A stretch of 45,082 nucleotides of DNA from Bacilli bacterium (GCA_028703035.1 JAQVNR010000002.1:1-45082), one strand, 5' to 3'. Positions 28,623 through 39,107 are shown, counted from the first letter of the stretch. Made by a program: numbers and translations. Notes: generated by a model from the sequence alone, not told the origin.

Positions 28623-30008
28623 TTAAATAAAATCTTTTCTTAAATTTTTATGTTTTTTATGAAAAAGCTCATTACTTTTTTTACTAAGTGGCTTAGAAAA
28701 ATATGTTTTATAAGCCTTTTTTATTTCTGGATTTTTATATGGATACTTAACACTTGAACCATTATCTTGGTTTAGTAAACTTTTACTTCGTTTATTAAAG
28801 ATGCCATTTTGATCAACAATTGGAGTTGGTATCTGACCTCCACCACCAACACATCCGTGATTACAATTCATAACTTCAATAAATAAAAACTCATCTTTAA
28901 TAGGTAAAAACTTTTCTAGGTTTTCCATTTGATAAATAACCGCAGTTTTAACTTGTTTTTTATTAATCTTCAAATTATATTCTTTATAAAAATCTCGATC
29001 TTTAATTAGTATTTTCTCAGGAATTAAATCATTCCCAGTCTCAAGTTTATAGTAGCAGCGGAGTACTGATAACATAACTCCTCCACTTGTATTATAAATC
29101 ATTCCCGATGATGAACCCACAAGTGAGTCAAACTTACTATCATCAAGAGTTTTAAAATCAATATTGTTTTCCCTAATAGCAAGAGCTAGCTCACTAGTAG
29201 TAATAACATAATTACAATCAGAATTTAGAGTTTCATACTTCTTAGCTGGACATGAAGTAAGCGCAACTACAACTAAATCTTTACTCTTAATTTTCTTTTC
29301 TTTACTAAAAATCTTTTTTAGATAAGTTGCCTGCATTCCTATTGGAGTTTTACATGTTGAAATATTGGGAAGTATCTCAGAATGATAAATAGATGCATAT
29401 TTAACCCATGACGGGCAACAACTTGTAAACATTGGCAGAACATCATCATTATTAACTCTTTCTTGAAGTTCAGCTGCTTCCTCCATTGAAGTTAAATCTG
29501 CTCCAAAAGCCGTATCTACGACATATTTAAAACCCAGTTTTTTAAGTGCTGAAATCATCTTACCTTCAACAAACTCTCCAGGCTTTAAACCAAAAGCATC
29601 CCCTAAAGAAACTCTTACAGCTGGGCTAGTCATAACTATTACAGTTTTAGATTTATCAGAAATTAATTCTAAAACTTTATTATAATCATATTTAGGCACT
29701 AAAGCCCCAGTTGGGCATGCTAAAATACACTGTCCACAATTAATACAGATTGGTTTATCAGGATTCTTATATCTAATATTAACTGAATTAATGCATGTAC
29801 TAGAACAAGCACCACAATTAATACACTTTTCTTCAATCCTCATAAGAGAAGGATTATCAGGATCAACATAAACTCTTTTATAATTAATCTCTTCTTTACC
29901 TACAATCTCTTCGAAATCAAAAATTCCAGCCTTACATAAAGGACAATAATAACCATCAAATAATTCACCTTCATGGATAAAACCACATTTTTTACATTTA
30001 TATTTCAT
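28623..30008 (-). CDS. [FeFe]-hydrogenase-like protein with N-terminal rubredoxin-type Cys4 and two 4Fe-4S motifs
   Basis: CKKCG...CPLCK, then CINCGACSSTC and CINCGQCILACP. H-cluster motifs are FTSCCPSW, TSCPAKKYE and EVMNCNHGCVGGGGQ. Confidence 0.7.
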   Translation of the reverse strand: MKYKCKKCGFIHEGELFDGYYCPLCKAGIFDFEEIVGKEEINYKRVYVDPDNPSLMRIEEKCINCGACSSTCINSVNIRYKNPDKPICINCGQCILACPTGALVPKYDYNKVLELISDKSKTVIVMTSPAVRVSLGDAFGLKPGEFVEGKMISALKKLGFKYVVDTAFGADLTSMEEAAELQERVNNDDVLPMFTSCCPSWVKYASIYHSEILPNISTCKTPIGMQATYLKKIFSKEKKIKSKDLVVVALTSCPAKKYETLNSDCNYVITTSELALAIRENNIDFKTLDDSKFDSLVGSSSGMIYNTSGGVMLSVLRCYYKLETGNDLIPEKILIKDRDFYKEYNLKINKKQVKTAVIYQMENLEKFLPIKDEFLFIEVMNCNHGCVGGGGQIPTPIVDQNGIFNKRSKSLLNQDNGSSVKYPYKNPEIKKAYKTYFSKPLSKKSNELFHKKHKNLRKDFI

Positions 30009-30197
30009 TTACTTCACCTACTATTTCATCTGGACAATTAATATTATGATACACACGCGCATCGCACTCACTTTTATCATTACTTCTGTTTTTACTCCAA
30101 TAAAATTTTTACTGTTTTTTCCGTTCTCATTAGCCAAATCCATAGAGAAAGAATAGCCAGTATAATTGTTTCTGCTTTTTCAAGAATGAAAACGTGA

Positions 30198-30872
30198 TTA
30201 ACTAGCTTTAATTTCTTCAATATATTTATTAACTGCTACTGACCAAGATATACTAGTAGCATATTTAGGATTCATTAACTCTGGAGTAGTTAATCCTTTA
30301 CTATAATAGTTATTAAATATCATATCTAAATAGCCTATAATTCCTGCTTCAAGTGTATCATAAGATCTATATGCTGTACCATCGCATGAGGGGCTTCCTT
30401 TTATACCACCAATATTATTACAATCTTTTACAAAAACAGAGCATTCCCATTTACATCCTGTTTCATGAAGTACTATTGCTAGAGCTAAATATGGATCAAG
30501 GCCTGTTTCTTTAGTATAGTTTGCAAAATAATTTCCGGTATTTTCAAGTTTACAAGATAAATTTCTATTTAATTTTTCAGTTAATTCAGTTAAAGTTAAA
30601 TTATCGTAAATAATCTCTTCTACTGAAGTAATTGGCTCTACTACTTCAAGTTTTTTAGTTGTTATTGGCACGGTTGTGGTAGTTTCCTCTATTATTTTCG
30701 GCACCATATTAGGTGTTGCATTTTTATTAACAACCGCAATTTTTTCGATGGGCTTTTTTATTCGAGCATCAAAATAGTCTTTAATAATAAAGATACTTGT
30801 AACTGAGAGTATTAAACCAATTAATATTATTATATACTGAATCGTTTGTGTTTTCATATATTTCCTTTTCAA
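30198..30872 (-). CDS. Membrane-anchored glucosaminidase-domain peptidoglycan hydrolase
   Basis: N-terminal TM segment. The C-terminal ...LAIVLHETG...NNIGGIKG...YRSYDTLEAGIIGY resembles the LytD/FlgJ glucosaminidase (ESGxG...NNxFGIK) pattern. Confidence 0.5.
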   Translation of the reverse strand: MKRKYMKTQTIQYIIILIGLILSVTSIFIIKDYFDARIKKPIEKIAVVNKNATPNMVPKIIEETTTTVPITTKKLEVVEPITSVEEIIYDNLTLTELTEKLNRNLSCKLENTGNYFANYTKETGLDPYLALAIVLHETGCKWECSVFVKDCNNIGGIKGSPSCDGTAYRSYDTLEAGIIGYLDMIFNNYYSKGLTTPELMNPKYATSISWSVAVNKYIEEIKAS

Positions 30873-31663
30873 ATATTATTATAATTATTTACTTCACTAA
30901 ATGCAATGACATCAATGTCAGTAGCAAGTTTAAAGCTTTTATTACCTACTATATAAATTGATATAACGTTTGAATTAAAATCATTTATATTAGTCGGTAT
31001 TTCTTTGCTTAATTTTGAAAGTTTTGTAAGTTCTTCTTCTTCTAAAGTATTATAATCTATTACTAATACTGGTTTACTTGAGTTATTTGTAAGATTATAT
31101 AGGGCCCTTAAATTAAGGGCATTCTTAATAGTTTTAGTATCACTTACAAAGGCAATTAATTTTGTTTCTTTACTTTTATAAAGTAAATTTATATCATCAG
31201 ATGACGTTAAGGTATATTTATTTAAATCGATATTCATTAAATCGTTAAATTCTTCTTGTGATAAGTTATTAGTCTCCATAAATTTAGCTTCATTAGCTAA
31301 ATTTTCACTAGCATAAAATGTTTTTTCTTCACCATCTATTGTTAGAATAAGTTCTTCTTCTGTTATTTTAGTTATATATAGTTTATTTTGTCTAATATTA
31401 CAATTTAGTTTAATAACATTAATACTTTTATTAAAGCGATAATTAAGACACAATTCATAAATACTTACTGCTTCTCCAGTTGAGGCATAAAAATAAGAAA
31501 ACTTTTGATCCTTAAAACTAATAATAGTCATTTCATCTTCATAAACACTATACCAGTCATGTTCTGTTATTGAAGAATCTAATTCATCACTAAAGTCATA
31601 AATTAATAATCCAAAAATAAATAGTGCGATTAAAAGAGTAATCATAATAATATTTTGTTTCAT
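30869..31663 (-). CDS. Hypothetical membrane-anchored protein
   Basis: 264 aa with one N-terminal TM helix. Overlaps the next gene by 4 nt. No motif recognised. Confidence 0.45.
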   Translation of the reverse strand: MKQNIIMITLLIALFIFGLLIYDFSDELDSSITEHDWYSVYEDEMTIISFKDQKFSYFYASTGEAVSIYELCLNYRFNKSINVIKLNCNIRQNKLYITKITEEELILTIDGEEKTFYASENLANEAKFMETNNLSQEEFNDLMNIDLNKYTLTSSDDINLLYKSKETKLIAFVSDTKTIKNALNLRALYNLTNNSSKPVLVIDYNTLEEEELTKLSKLSKEIPTNINDFNSNVISIYIVGNKSFKLATDIDVIAFSEVNNYNNI

Positions 31664-31679
31664 TTCATTTCACCTACAT

Positions 31680-32507
31680 TTATGTTAAAAGAAAGTATGC
31701 TAGGACTACGATTCCTAAAATAATTCGGTAATATCCGAATATTTTAAAATTATTTCTTTTGATATATTTTAATAAAAATTTTATTGCTAGAATGGAAACT
31801 ATAAAAGCAGTTAACATGCCAATTATTAAAATAAGTAACTCGGGTCTTGTAAAAAGAAAGCCAAATTTAATTATTTTTAAAAATGAGGCACCAAACATAA
31901 TTGGAACTGCTAAGTAAAAAGTATAACTAGCTGCAACACTTCTATCTAGTCCAAGGATTAAGCCACCTAATATAGTAGCGCCACTTCTACTTGTTCCAGG
32001 AATTAAAGCAAGTAGCTGAAATATACCTATAAAAAGTGCTTGTTTATAAGTAATTTTATCTTCACTTTTTACTATGGGAGTTTTATTTTTATTAATATTT
32101 TCGATAATAATAAATAATATACCATAAAATATTAAGGCAATAGCTACAGTCCAGTAATTATAAAAAAGCTCATCAATTTTATCATTGAATATTATTCCTA
32201 TAATTCCAGCTGGGATACATGCAATTAATATTTTCAGCCATAAATTAAAAGTCATTCTTGTATCTTCTTTAGTTTTATTAAACCCCCAAGGAAATAAATT
32301 TTTAAAAAAGAGACAAACAACTGCTAGTATTGCTCCAAGCTGAATAACAACTAAAAACATTTCCCAAAATTCAGAACTAACATTTAATTTTAAAAATTCT
32401 TCGGCAATAATCATGTGTCCAGTGCTACTAATTGGTAACCACTCGGTGATGCCTTCAATTATTCCAATAATGATTGTTTTAATAATATCTAGATGCATAA
32501 ACATCAC
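31680..32507 (-). CDS. uppP: Undecaprenyl-diphosphate phosphatase
   Basis: GIIEGITEWLPISSTGHMII and PGTSRSGATI motifs. About 270 aa and polytopic. Confidence 0.85.
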   Translation of the reverse strand: MMFMHLDIIKTIIIGIIEGITEWLPISSTGHMIIAEEFLKLNVSSEFWEMFLVVIQLGAILAVVCLFFKNLFPWGFNKTKEDTRMTFNLWLKILIACIPAGIIGIIFNDKIDELFYNYWTVAIALIFYGILFIIIENINKNKTPIVKSEDKITYKQALFIGIFQLLALIPGTSRSGATILGGLILGLDRSVAASYTFYLAVPIMFGASFLKIIKFGFLFTRPELLILIIGMLTAFIVSILAIKFLLKYIKRNNFKIFGYYRIILGIVVLAYFLLT

Positions 32508-32570
32508 TCCTCCATAATTATATCATATTAAATATTACTTAAGTTTAAAACATAAAATTAACTGTAAAGC

Positions 32571-33218
32571 TTATTTGATTTTCTTTTTAATCAAGTTTTC
32601 CCCAAAAATATTATCTTTTTTTCCTTTCAAAATATAGGTAATAACCAAAAGTAAACTACTTGATAATAGCACTCCGGCTATAACATCTGATGCATAATGC
32701 ACTCCTAAATATACTCTACTTAAACAGATGCTTATAATTAATAATGTTAATAAAATATTAGTTATCCACTTTATTTTTTTATTTAGATTGCTATTTATAA
32801 TTAAATATATAATAAAGCCATAAAAAGATGTACTTGCCATAGCATGCCCACTGGGAAAAGAATATCCAGTTGCAATTATTTTATTTATCAATATTGGTCT
32901 AGGTCTTTGAAATATATATTTTAAAAGTTGATTAGCAATTGTTGAGATAATTATAGTTATAGTTAAATACAAAGCATCTTTTTTCTTGAAAAATAAAGTT
33001 AATAAAGACAAGACCAATAGAATAATAATTGTTTCTGTATTAGCAAAAATAGTAATTATTTTAAAATAATTAGTTAAATTTTGAGATTTAAATGAAATTA
33101 AAAAATTATAAAAAAATGTATCAAAACTATAAATTTTATCAGTTAATAAAAGTATAGTAATAACTATAAAAGCAAATAATAAAATACTTAATATAATCCA
33201 TCTTGTTTTTGTTTTCAT
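32571..33218 (-). CDS. PAP2-family lipid phosphate phosphatase
   Basis: KYIFQRPRP, PSGH and SRVYLGVHYASD form the tripartite PAP2 signature. Confidence 0.8.
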   Translation of the reverse strand: MKTKTRWIILSILLFAFIVITILLLTDKIYSFDTFFYNFLISFKSQNLTNYFKIITIFANTETIIILLVLSLLTLFFKKKDALYLTITIIISTIANQLLKYIFQRPRPILINKIIATGYSFPSGHAMASTSFYGFIIYLIINSNLNKKIKWITNILLTLLIISICLSRVYLGVHYASDVIAGVLLSSSLLLVITYILKGKKDNIFGENLIKKKIK

Positions 33219-33310
33219 ATTTTTATTATATTACCGACTTTCAAAAAAATCAAATAACAATCTATAATTCTTATAAGAAATTATTAAATCAAAGGATTTA
33301 TTAAAAATTA

Positions 33311-34375
33311 TTATTTTACCATTTTTTTAACTAATTTATTTTGAAATAATAAATTTCGTTGTTTCATTCCCATTAGTTTATCAGTTAATTCTGCATACAT
33401 TTCACTATGTTCGTTATAAAATTGGGCAAATATATCTTGGTTTCCATCACATAAATCTCTAGTTCTTTGGATTAATAATTGTTCTTCTTCCAGTGTAGTA
33501 GAAGGCAATAAAATATTAGATTTAATATTTTTTATATCTTTATGTTTTTCCAAAAAAGGTAAACTGCAATAACAAATTTTAATTCGGTCATCTTTACTAT
33601 CAGTTACAATAGATTTATCATCTTGACTTAATCTATATATTCTATTTTGTGTCGGATCTAAAATGTAGCTTTTACCATCTTTAACAGCAAGTGTTATAAG
33701 ATGATTACCAATTTGTTTAGATATGATTATACCAACTTTTTCAATAAGTTCATTAAAAACTTTTCTCATTTCTTCATTATTGATATGTTGTCTAACAAAA
33801 TTATACAATTCTTCAATAGTTTGCTCTGGTTTATTATCATCAGTATGATTAGTAATAACTGGTGGTCTTATAAAAGCTGATAGAACATTACTATTTATTC
33901 CTTTGTCATTAAAAATATCTCTTAACATTATTCCTATGTGTCTACAAACACCTTGACCACTTATAATATTGGCTCCATATAAAGTATTTATGTCCCTAAG
34001 ATTTGTATCACTAAATTCAAATTCCTTTCCTTTTGATAAATAACCTTTATATAATAAGTAATTATACATTGTATGAATTTCAATAGGATTTTCTAAATCA
34101 AATACTTTATTCATTTTATTATAATCTCTAATTATTTCATCATAAATTGCTTTTACTTTTTTTACATCTTTTGTATGAGTTTCGGCTTTTACAATATCAT
34201 TTGCTAAATAGTAAGCACAAAACATACATGCTAAAGCATACGCAACATTTGGAAATCCTATAAAATTTTTAACTAAAATTACCCCAATAGATGTCTTACC
34301 ACTTATGTCTTGAATAGTATTATAAGTATTATAGTTTATATTACCATAAATTTTATCTATATAATTCTTTTCCAT
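33311..34375 (-). CDS. Transglutaminase-like/papain-fold Cys-His-Asp protein (putative)
   Basis: GQGVCRHIG ... GNHLITLA ... YILDPTQ are spaced as in the C-H-D triad of transglutaminase-core proteins. One hydrophobic segment lies near the N-terminus. Confidence 0.45.
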   Translation of the reverse strand: MEKNYIDKIYGNINYNTYNTIQDISGKTSIGVILVKNFIGFPNVAYALACMFCAYYLANDIVKAETHTKDVKKVKAIYDEIIRDYNKMNKVFDLENPIEIHTMYNYLLYKGYLSKGKEFEFSDTNLRDINTLYGANIISGQGVCRHIGIMLRDIFNDKGINSNVLSAFIRPPVITNHTDDNKPEQTIEELYNFVRQHINNEEMRKVFNELIEKVGIIISKQIGNHLITLAVKDGKSYILDPTQNRIYRLSQDDKSIVTDSKDDRIKICYCSLPFLEKHKDIKNIKSNILLPSTTLEEEQLLIQRTRDLCDGNQDIFAQFYNEHSEMYAELTDKLMGMKQRNLLFQNKLVKKMVK

Positions 34376-34395
34376 AATAAATAACCCCTATTCAT

Positions 34396-34420
34396 TAAAA
34401 AACAATCCTAATGGGATTGT
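34396..34420 (-). terminator. Leader (attenuator-type) intrinsic terminator upstream of 33311..34375
   Basis: On the minus strand ACAATCC-catta-GGATTGT is followed by T6, only about 20 nt before the RBS/ATG. Confidence 0.5.
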
Positions 34421-34458
34421 GCTATCATTTTATATACCCAACCCCCATTGGTAAGAGA

Positions 34459-34487
34459 ATTATAGCGTATTTCTACTAATCAGTCAA
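34459..34487 (-). promoter_or_regulatory. Consensus sigma-A promoter
   Basis: On the minus strand: TTGACT (34487-34482), 17-nt spacer, TATAAT (34464-34459). Confidence 0.6.
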
Positions 34488-34502
34488 ATCGCCTTAGCAA
34501 AC

Positions 34503-34530
34503 AAAAAAAACAAGATGTTAATTCTTGTTT
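34503..34530 (-). terminator. Intrinsic terminator of the ABC transporter gene
   Basis: On the minus strand AACAAG-aattaacat-CTTGTT is followed by T8, starting at the stop codon. Confidence 0.65.
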
Positions 34531-37009
34531 AATCTGTTCTTAAAGCCTCAACTGGATCTTTTTTACTTGCTATTCTTGCTGGTATTAACCCAGCTCCTAC
34601 TGTTAGAACAACACTAATAATTATTAAGATTATTGCCCCAGTTAAAGGAAGTGCGGCAATATTGTTAACATCTAAGTAATAATATATTATTTTATTAATT
34701 GGAAAACATAATAGAAAAGTTATACCTACTCCAAAAACTCCAGCAATAAGACCTTCAATTATAGTTTCAGCTCTAAAGACTCTAGAAATGTCTTTCTTAG
34801 ATGCCCCGATTGCTCTTAAAATCCCAATTTCTTTTGTTCTTTCTAGTACTGATATATAAGTAATAATTGCAATCATAATACTAGACACTACTAATGATAC
34901 GGCAACAAACGCGACTAATATATAGGTAATTACATTAACTGCTGTTGTAACTGATGAAAGAAGCACACCAATATAATCAGTATAAAATATCATATTCTCA
35001 CTTTTATTATTTTCTTCTTGAGCGGTATTATATTCTTTAATAATATTTTCCACTTCTTTTTTTGCCTCAAAACCATTTGGATATATATTTATATTTTTAG
35101 GTGAGTCAATATTAGCAATTCCAAGGGTTTTTAAATTATTTTGATATGTACTTGTTAAACCATCAAATTTTAAACCACTAAAAATATCAATTGTATTATT
35201 TTTAATTTGATCTTTAGTTATATCTTTTTCATTAATTTTATCGATTACGTATTTGGTTAAATCATGAGTGTACCCTACATAACCACTAGTAGCTTCTATA
35301 GCCTCTTCTGATACTTTAATAATTCCGACTACTTTTAGTTCAAGACCTTCTTTTATTCTTTCTTTCATAAAAGTTGTATTTTTACTTTTATCAACCCATA
35401 AACCATTTTCTTTAACATAAAAGTCAGTATTTAATATTAAACTATAGGTTTTACCTATTAAATCATCATAAGTATAATTAATAGTTTCTAAGACTTCTTT
35501 TTCGCCTTTTTTAATATTGTCATAAATATCATTTATTTCTGCTCTATTTTCAATATCTAGTGAATACATAAGTGACAAAGGAATTACATTATCTTTATCA
35601 GCTATTAAAACTATTTCATTGAATTTAGTTGGAAGAGAGCCAGAAAGTACTTCATACTGACTCTTTAGAAGATCAAGGTTACCATTTAATTCTAAAAAAG
35701 CATTTTGAGATTGACCAGCAAACTCTGTAGTTATTCCTGATTGAGCCATTTGTTCTTGATTAGATTCAGCATATGGATTTAAATTAAGAGTATCTGGATT
35801 TACTCTTATAATCCCATTTTCTGTATTTTTACTATAAATATGAAAATCAAAATTATATGTATACTGAATATCTGTTACATAATCTTTGATTTTGTCATTA
35901 TTATTATCTAAATATTTTTTAAACTCTTCTAAGTTGTTATTAATCTTGGCTGTCTCAAGCTGGATAGAAGGACTAATAGATATATCATCTCTTGTACATA
36001 TTTTGTTTGGATTACACTCTACTTCCCCACTTTTAGTAAAACTTTGAATCATCGATGTATAATCCATAGTTGATGATTCAATTTGAATTGGATAAGATGA
36101 TAATGTTTCTTTTTCCATTCTTTCTATATAATTATTTACTCCATTTGATAAAGATAATATTAAAGCAATTCCTATTATACCTATTGAACCTGCAAAAGCC
36201 GTTAAAAAAGTTCGACCTTTTTTAGTTAGTAAATTGTTTAAAGATAGTGATAATGCTGTTTTAAGTCCCATGGATTTTGTTTTTTGTTTTTTTAAAGTAG
36301 TTTCTTTTTCTTCAATTGTATTATCTTTACCGTCATAGGAATTAGTATCATTAGTAACTTTACCATCTTTTAAATTAATAATTCTAGTAGAATAAGTATT
36401 AGCTAATTCACTATTATGAGTTACCATAATGACTAATTTTTCTTTAGCTATTTTTCTTAAAAGATTCATAATTTGGGTGCTAGTTTCTGAATCTAGTGCC
36501 CCAGTTGGTTCATCAGCCAGTAAAATATCTGGATTATTTACAAGAGCTCTAGCAATTGCTACTCTCTGCATCTGGCCACCAGATAATTGATTCGGTTTTT
36601 TATGAGTGTGTTGTGCTAAACCAACTTCTTTTAAAGCTTTCTTGGCTTTTTTTCTTCTTTCTTGAACAGAAACACCAGATAAAGTTAAAGCAAGCTCTAC
36701 GTTTGCTAAAACTGATTGATGAGTTATTAAATTATAACTCTGAAAAACAAAACCAATTCGGTGATTTCGATATGAATCCCACTGTTTATCTTTATACTTT
36801 TTAGTGCTGATTTCATTGATTATTAAATCACCGCTAGTATACTTATCAAGACCACCTATTATATTTAGTAAGGTAGTTTTTCCTGAACCAGATGGTCCTA
36901 AAATCGAAGTGAATTCATTTTCTCTAAAACAAATATCTACCTCATTTAAAGCCTTTTGTTTAAAACCACTAGTTTCATATATTTTTGTAACTTTTTTTAA
37001 TTCTAACAT
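34529..37009 (-). CDS. Fused ABC transporter ATP-binding/permease protein (MacB/FtsX type)
   Basis: Walker A GPSGSGKTT, signature LSGGQMQRVAIARAL and Walker B LLADEPTGALD. These are followed by a large extracytoplasmic region and a C-terminal FtsX-like 3-TM bundle. Confidence 0.85.
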   Translation of the reverse strand: MLELKKVTKIYETSGFKQKALNEVDICFRENEFTSILGPSGSGKTTLLNIIGGLDKYTSGDLIINEISTKKYKDKQWDSYRNHRIGFVFQSYNLITHQSVLANVELALTLSGVSVQERRKKAKKALKEVGLAQHTHKKPNQLSGGQMQRVAIARALVNNPDILLADEPTGALDSETSTQIMNLLRKIAKEKLVIMVTHNSELANTYSTRIINLKDGKVTNDTNSYDGKDNTIEEKETTLKKQKTKSMGLKTALSLSLNNLLTKKGRTFLTAFAGSIGIIGIALILSLSNGVNNYIERMEKETLSSYPIQIESSTMDYTSMIQSFTKSGEVECNPNKICTRDDISISPSIQLETAKINNNLEEFKKYLDNNNDKIKDYVTDIQYTYNFDFHIYSKNTENGIIRVNPDTLNLNPYAESNQEQMAQSGITTEFAGQSQNAFLELNGNLDLLKSQYEVLSGSLPTKFNEIVLIADKDNVIPLSLMYSLDIENRAEINDIYDNIKKGEKEVLETINYTYDDLIGKTYSLILNTDFYVKENGLWVDKSKNTTFMKERIKEGLELKVVGIIKVSEEAIEATSGYVGYTHDLTKYVIDKINEKDITKDQIKNNTIDIFSGLKFDGLTSTYQNNLKTLGIANIDSPKNINIYPNGFEAKKEVENIIKEYNTAQEENNKSENMIFYTDYIGVLLSSVTTAVNVITYILVAFVAVSLVVSSIMIAIITYISVLERTKEIGILRAIGASKKDISRVFRAETIIEGLIAGVFGVGITFLLCFPINKIIYYYLDVNNIAALPLTGAIILIIISVVLTVGAGLIPARIASKKDPVEALRTD

Positions 37010-37214
37010 TTAATTTCCCTCCCTTAACATTATATATTAAATTTATTAAAATAAAAAGTAATTTTTATAGTACTCTACTTTAAAGTAAAATAATGTCGAA
37101 TTTTAGCAACTGTAAAAACAATACTTAAAAAATCATATAAACCGTAACTTTATATATTATGTAAATACAATTGTAATAATCTTTTTAAAATTACTTTATC
37201 TTTTTTTCTGTGAA

Positions 37215-38435
37215 TTAAAACTCATCATTCATTAAAAAATCTATTGCATTAAGATGCTTTATTCCATTTCTAGTATAGTCTTCTTTATCTAAGGATATTA
37301 CATATTTTTCATGATTATCATTTATGACATTATAAGCACCAAATTCTCTTTCTATTGTTTTTTCGTTATTAGCTAGCTTATAAGAAACTTGAATATATTT
37401 TAATTCTTTGTTTTTTATGACAACAAAATCAACTTCATCTCTTTTTATTTTACCTATATATACTTCATACCCCTTTGCTATTAAATCATTATAAATCAAA
37501 TTCTCTAAGCTAGTAGAATAATTCTCGATCTTTAGATTACTTTTAATTTTTTTAACTCCTAAATCAGAAACATAATACTTATTTAATGTTTTAAGAACAT
37601 TTTTACCATCAACATCATATCTATACACTTTATTAAGTAAAAAGGTTGAACATAAAGCATCTAAATAACTATATAAAGTTGAATTTGATATTTTTATATT
37701 TTCATTTGCTAAAAATTTCATGATATTTGTAGAAGAAAATTCTTTACCTTCAATTTCTAAAAGGTACTGAAAAATTTTATTAAATGTTGTAATATCTTTT
37801 ATTCCAAGTCTTTCAACAACATCTTTTAAAACTATAGAATCATATACATTAGATATATAATTTGTTTTCATAGCGTTATCATTATAATAAAATCTTTGTG
37901 GTAAACTTCCCCACTCAAATATATCTAAAATTAAATTTTCATAATCTTCCTTAGGGGTTTTTGTTAACTCTATTATTTCTTTAAAAGTTAGTGGATTTAC
38001 TTTGAAACTGACATATCTTCCAGTCAACTCTGTTGATAATTCCGCAAATGTCATTTTACTATTAGAGCCGGTAATGAAAATACTATATCGGCCTTCTATT
38101 CTCAAAGAATTAATTGCTTTCTCAAAGTCGATAACTTTTTGAACTTCATCTAAAAATATATAATATACTTTTTTAGTCTTTGTTAATTTTTATATATATG
38201 TATCTAAAGACTTAGCATCAGTTATATTGCTGTAATCTAGTGATTCAAAATTTATATAAATTATTTGTTCATCATTTATTCCTTGTTCTTTTAATTCTTC
38301 AATTATTTGTGTTAAAATAACTGATTTTCCAGATCTTCTTAAACCATAAATTATTTTGATTAATAATGTATCTTTATAAAATCCTCTGATTTTTTTTAAA
38401 TATAACTCTCTTTTTATCATAAAGTAACCTTCCAA
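37215..38435 (-). pseudogene. AAA/DUF4143-family ATPase gene interrupted by a single in-frame TAA
   Basis: ORFs 38190..38435 (Walker A GLRRSGKSV) and 37215..38105 are in the same frame. Reading through the TAA at 38190-38192 gives ...DTYI*KLTKTKKVYYIFLDEVQ (Walker B). Confidence 0.75.
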
Positions 38436-38588
38436 AAAGATTATATCAATTAAAAACAGTTTTGTAAAGTTATTACAGTACGGTGTAATAACTTGTTGTG
38501 TTTTGTATTTATTACACTGTACTATAATAACTTGTTGTTTTTCATCTAAATAATAAATATTAATAACAATGATTATGGAAGAATTAAA

Positions 38589-39107
38589 CTACTTGAAACA
38601 AAAAAAGTGTCTAATTTTAGCAACTGTAAAAACAATATAATCAGAGTTTTTTATGGCTACATTTTTACACCCAGCTTTTCCACCAACTGTCATAGCCGAA
38701 ATAAACGCTCCAACTAAAACTGAAATAATGGGTAAAGATATATTTGTAACCATAACTATACTAGTAGTTAGAACTGCTCCTAATCCGCCACTAAGAATAC
38801 CAAATACATCGCCAAACACATCAAGACATAAATTGGCAACTTGGCCATTATTTTTAAGTAGCCAAATTGCTTCTTTAGCACCTTTAATTTTTTTAGAGTT
38901 CATTGCATGAAAAGTTGATTCTTTACTTGTAAGAACACTTGTCCCAATCATATCAAACGTTATTCCCAAAGATATAACAATCAGAAGAAGTATCCCAATA
39001 ATAATTGGATTTGCATTATATGTTATAACATTGGCAACTCCACTAAAAATAATTGATAATAAAAAAGTCAATAAAAAAACCTTATATATCCAGTTATTTT
39101 TTTTCAA
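38589..39107 (-). CDS. Small polytopic membrane protein (tentatively CNNM/DUF21-like TM domain)
   Basis: 172 aa, about 4 TM helices. The family assignment is only a weak recollection. Confidence 0.4.
   Translation of the reverse strand: MKKNNWIYKVFLLTFLLSIIFSGVANVITYNANPIIIGILLLIVISLGITFDMIGTSVLTSKESTFHAMNSKKIKGAKEAIWLLKNNGQVANLCLDVFGDVFGILSGGLGAVLTTSIVMVTNISLPIISVLVGAFISAMTVGGKAGCKNVAIKNSDYIVFTVAKIRHFFCFK

Noticed and set aside
30009-30197. Riboswitch or promoter upstream of the hydrogenase-like gene
   Set aside because: I could find no convincing -35/-10 pair with proper spacing, no terminator/antiterminator pair and no known aptamer core. It is noted only as ORF-free.
36556-37013. Two plus-strand ORFs (82 and 69 aa) antisense to the ABC transporter
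   Set aside because: They lie entirely within a gene with strong motifs on the other strand. The same reasoning applies to 2477..2704, 3698..3889, 9254..9442, 10626..10871, 16002..16220, 18878..19099 and 38653..38910.
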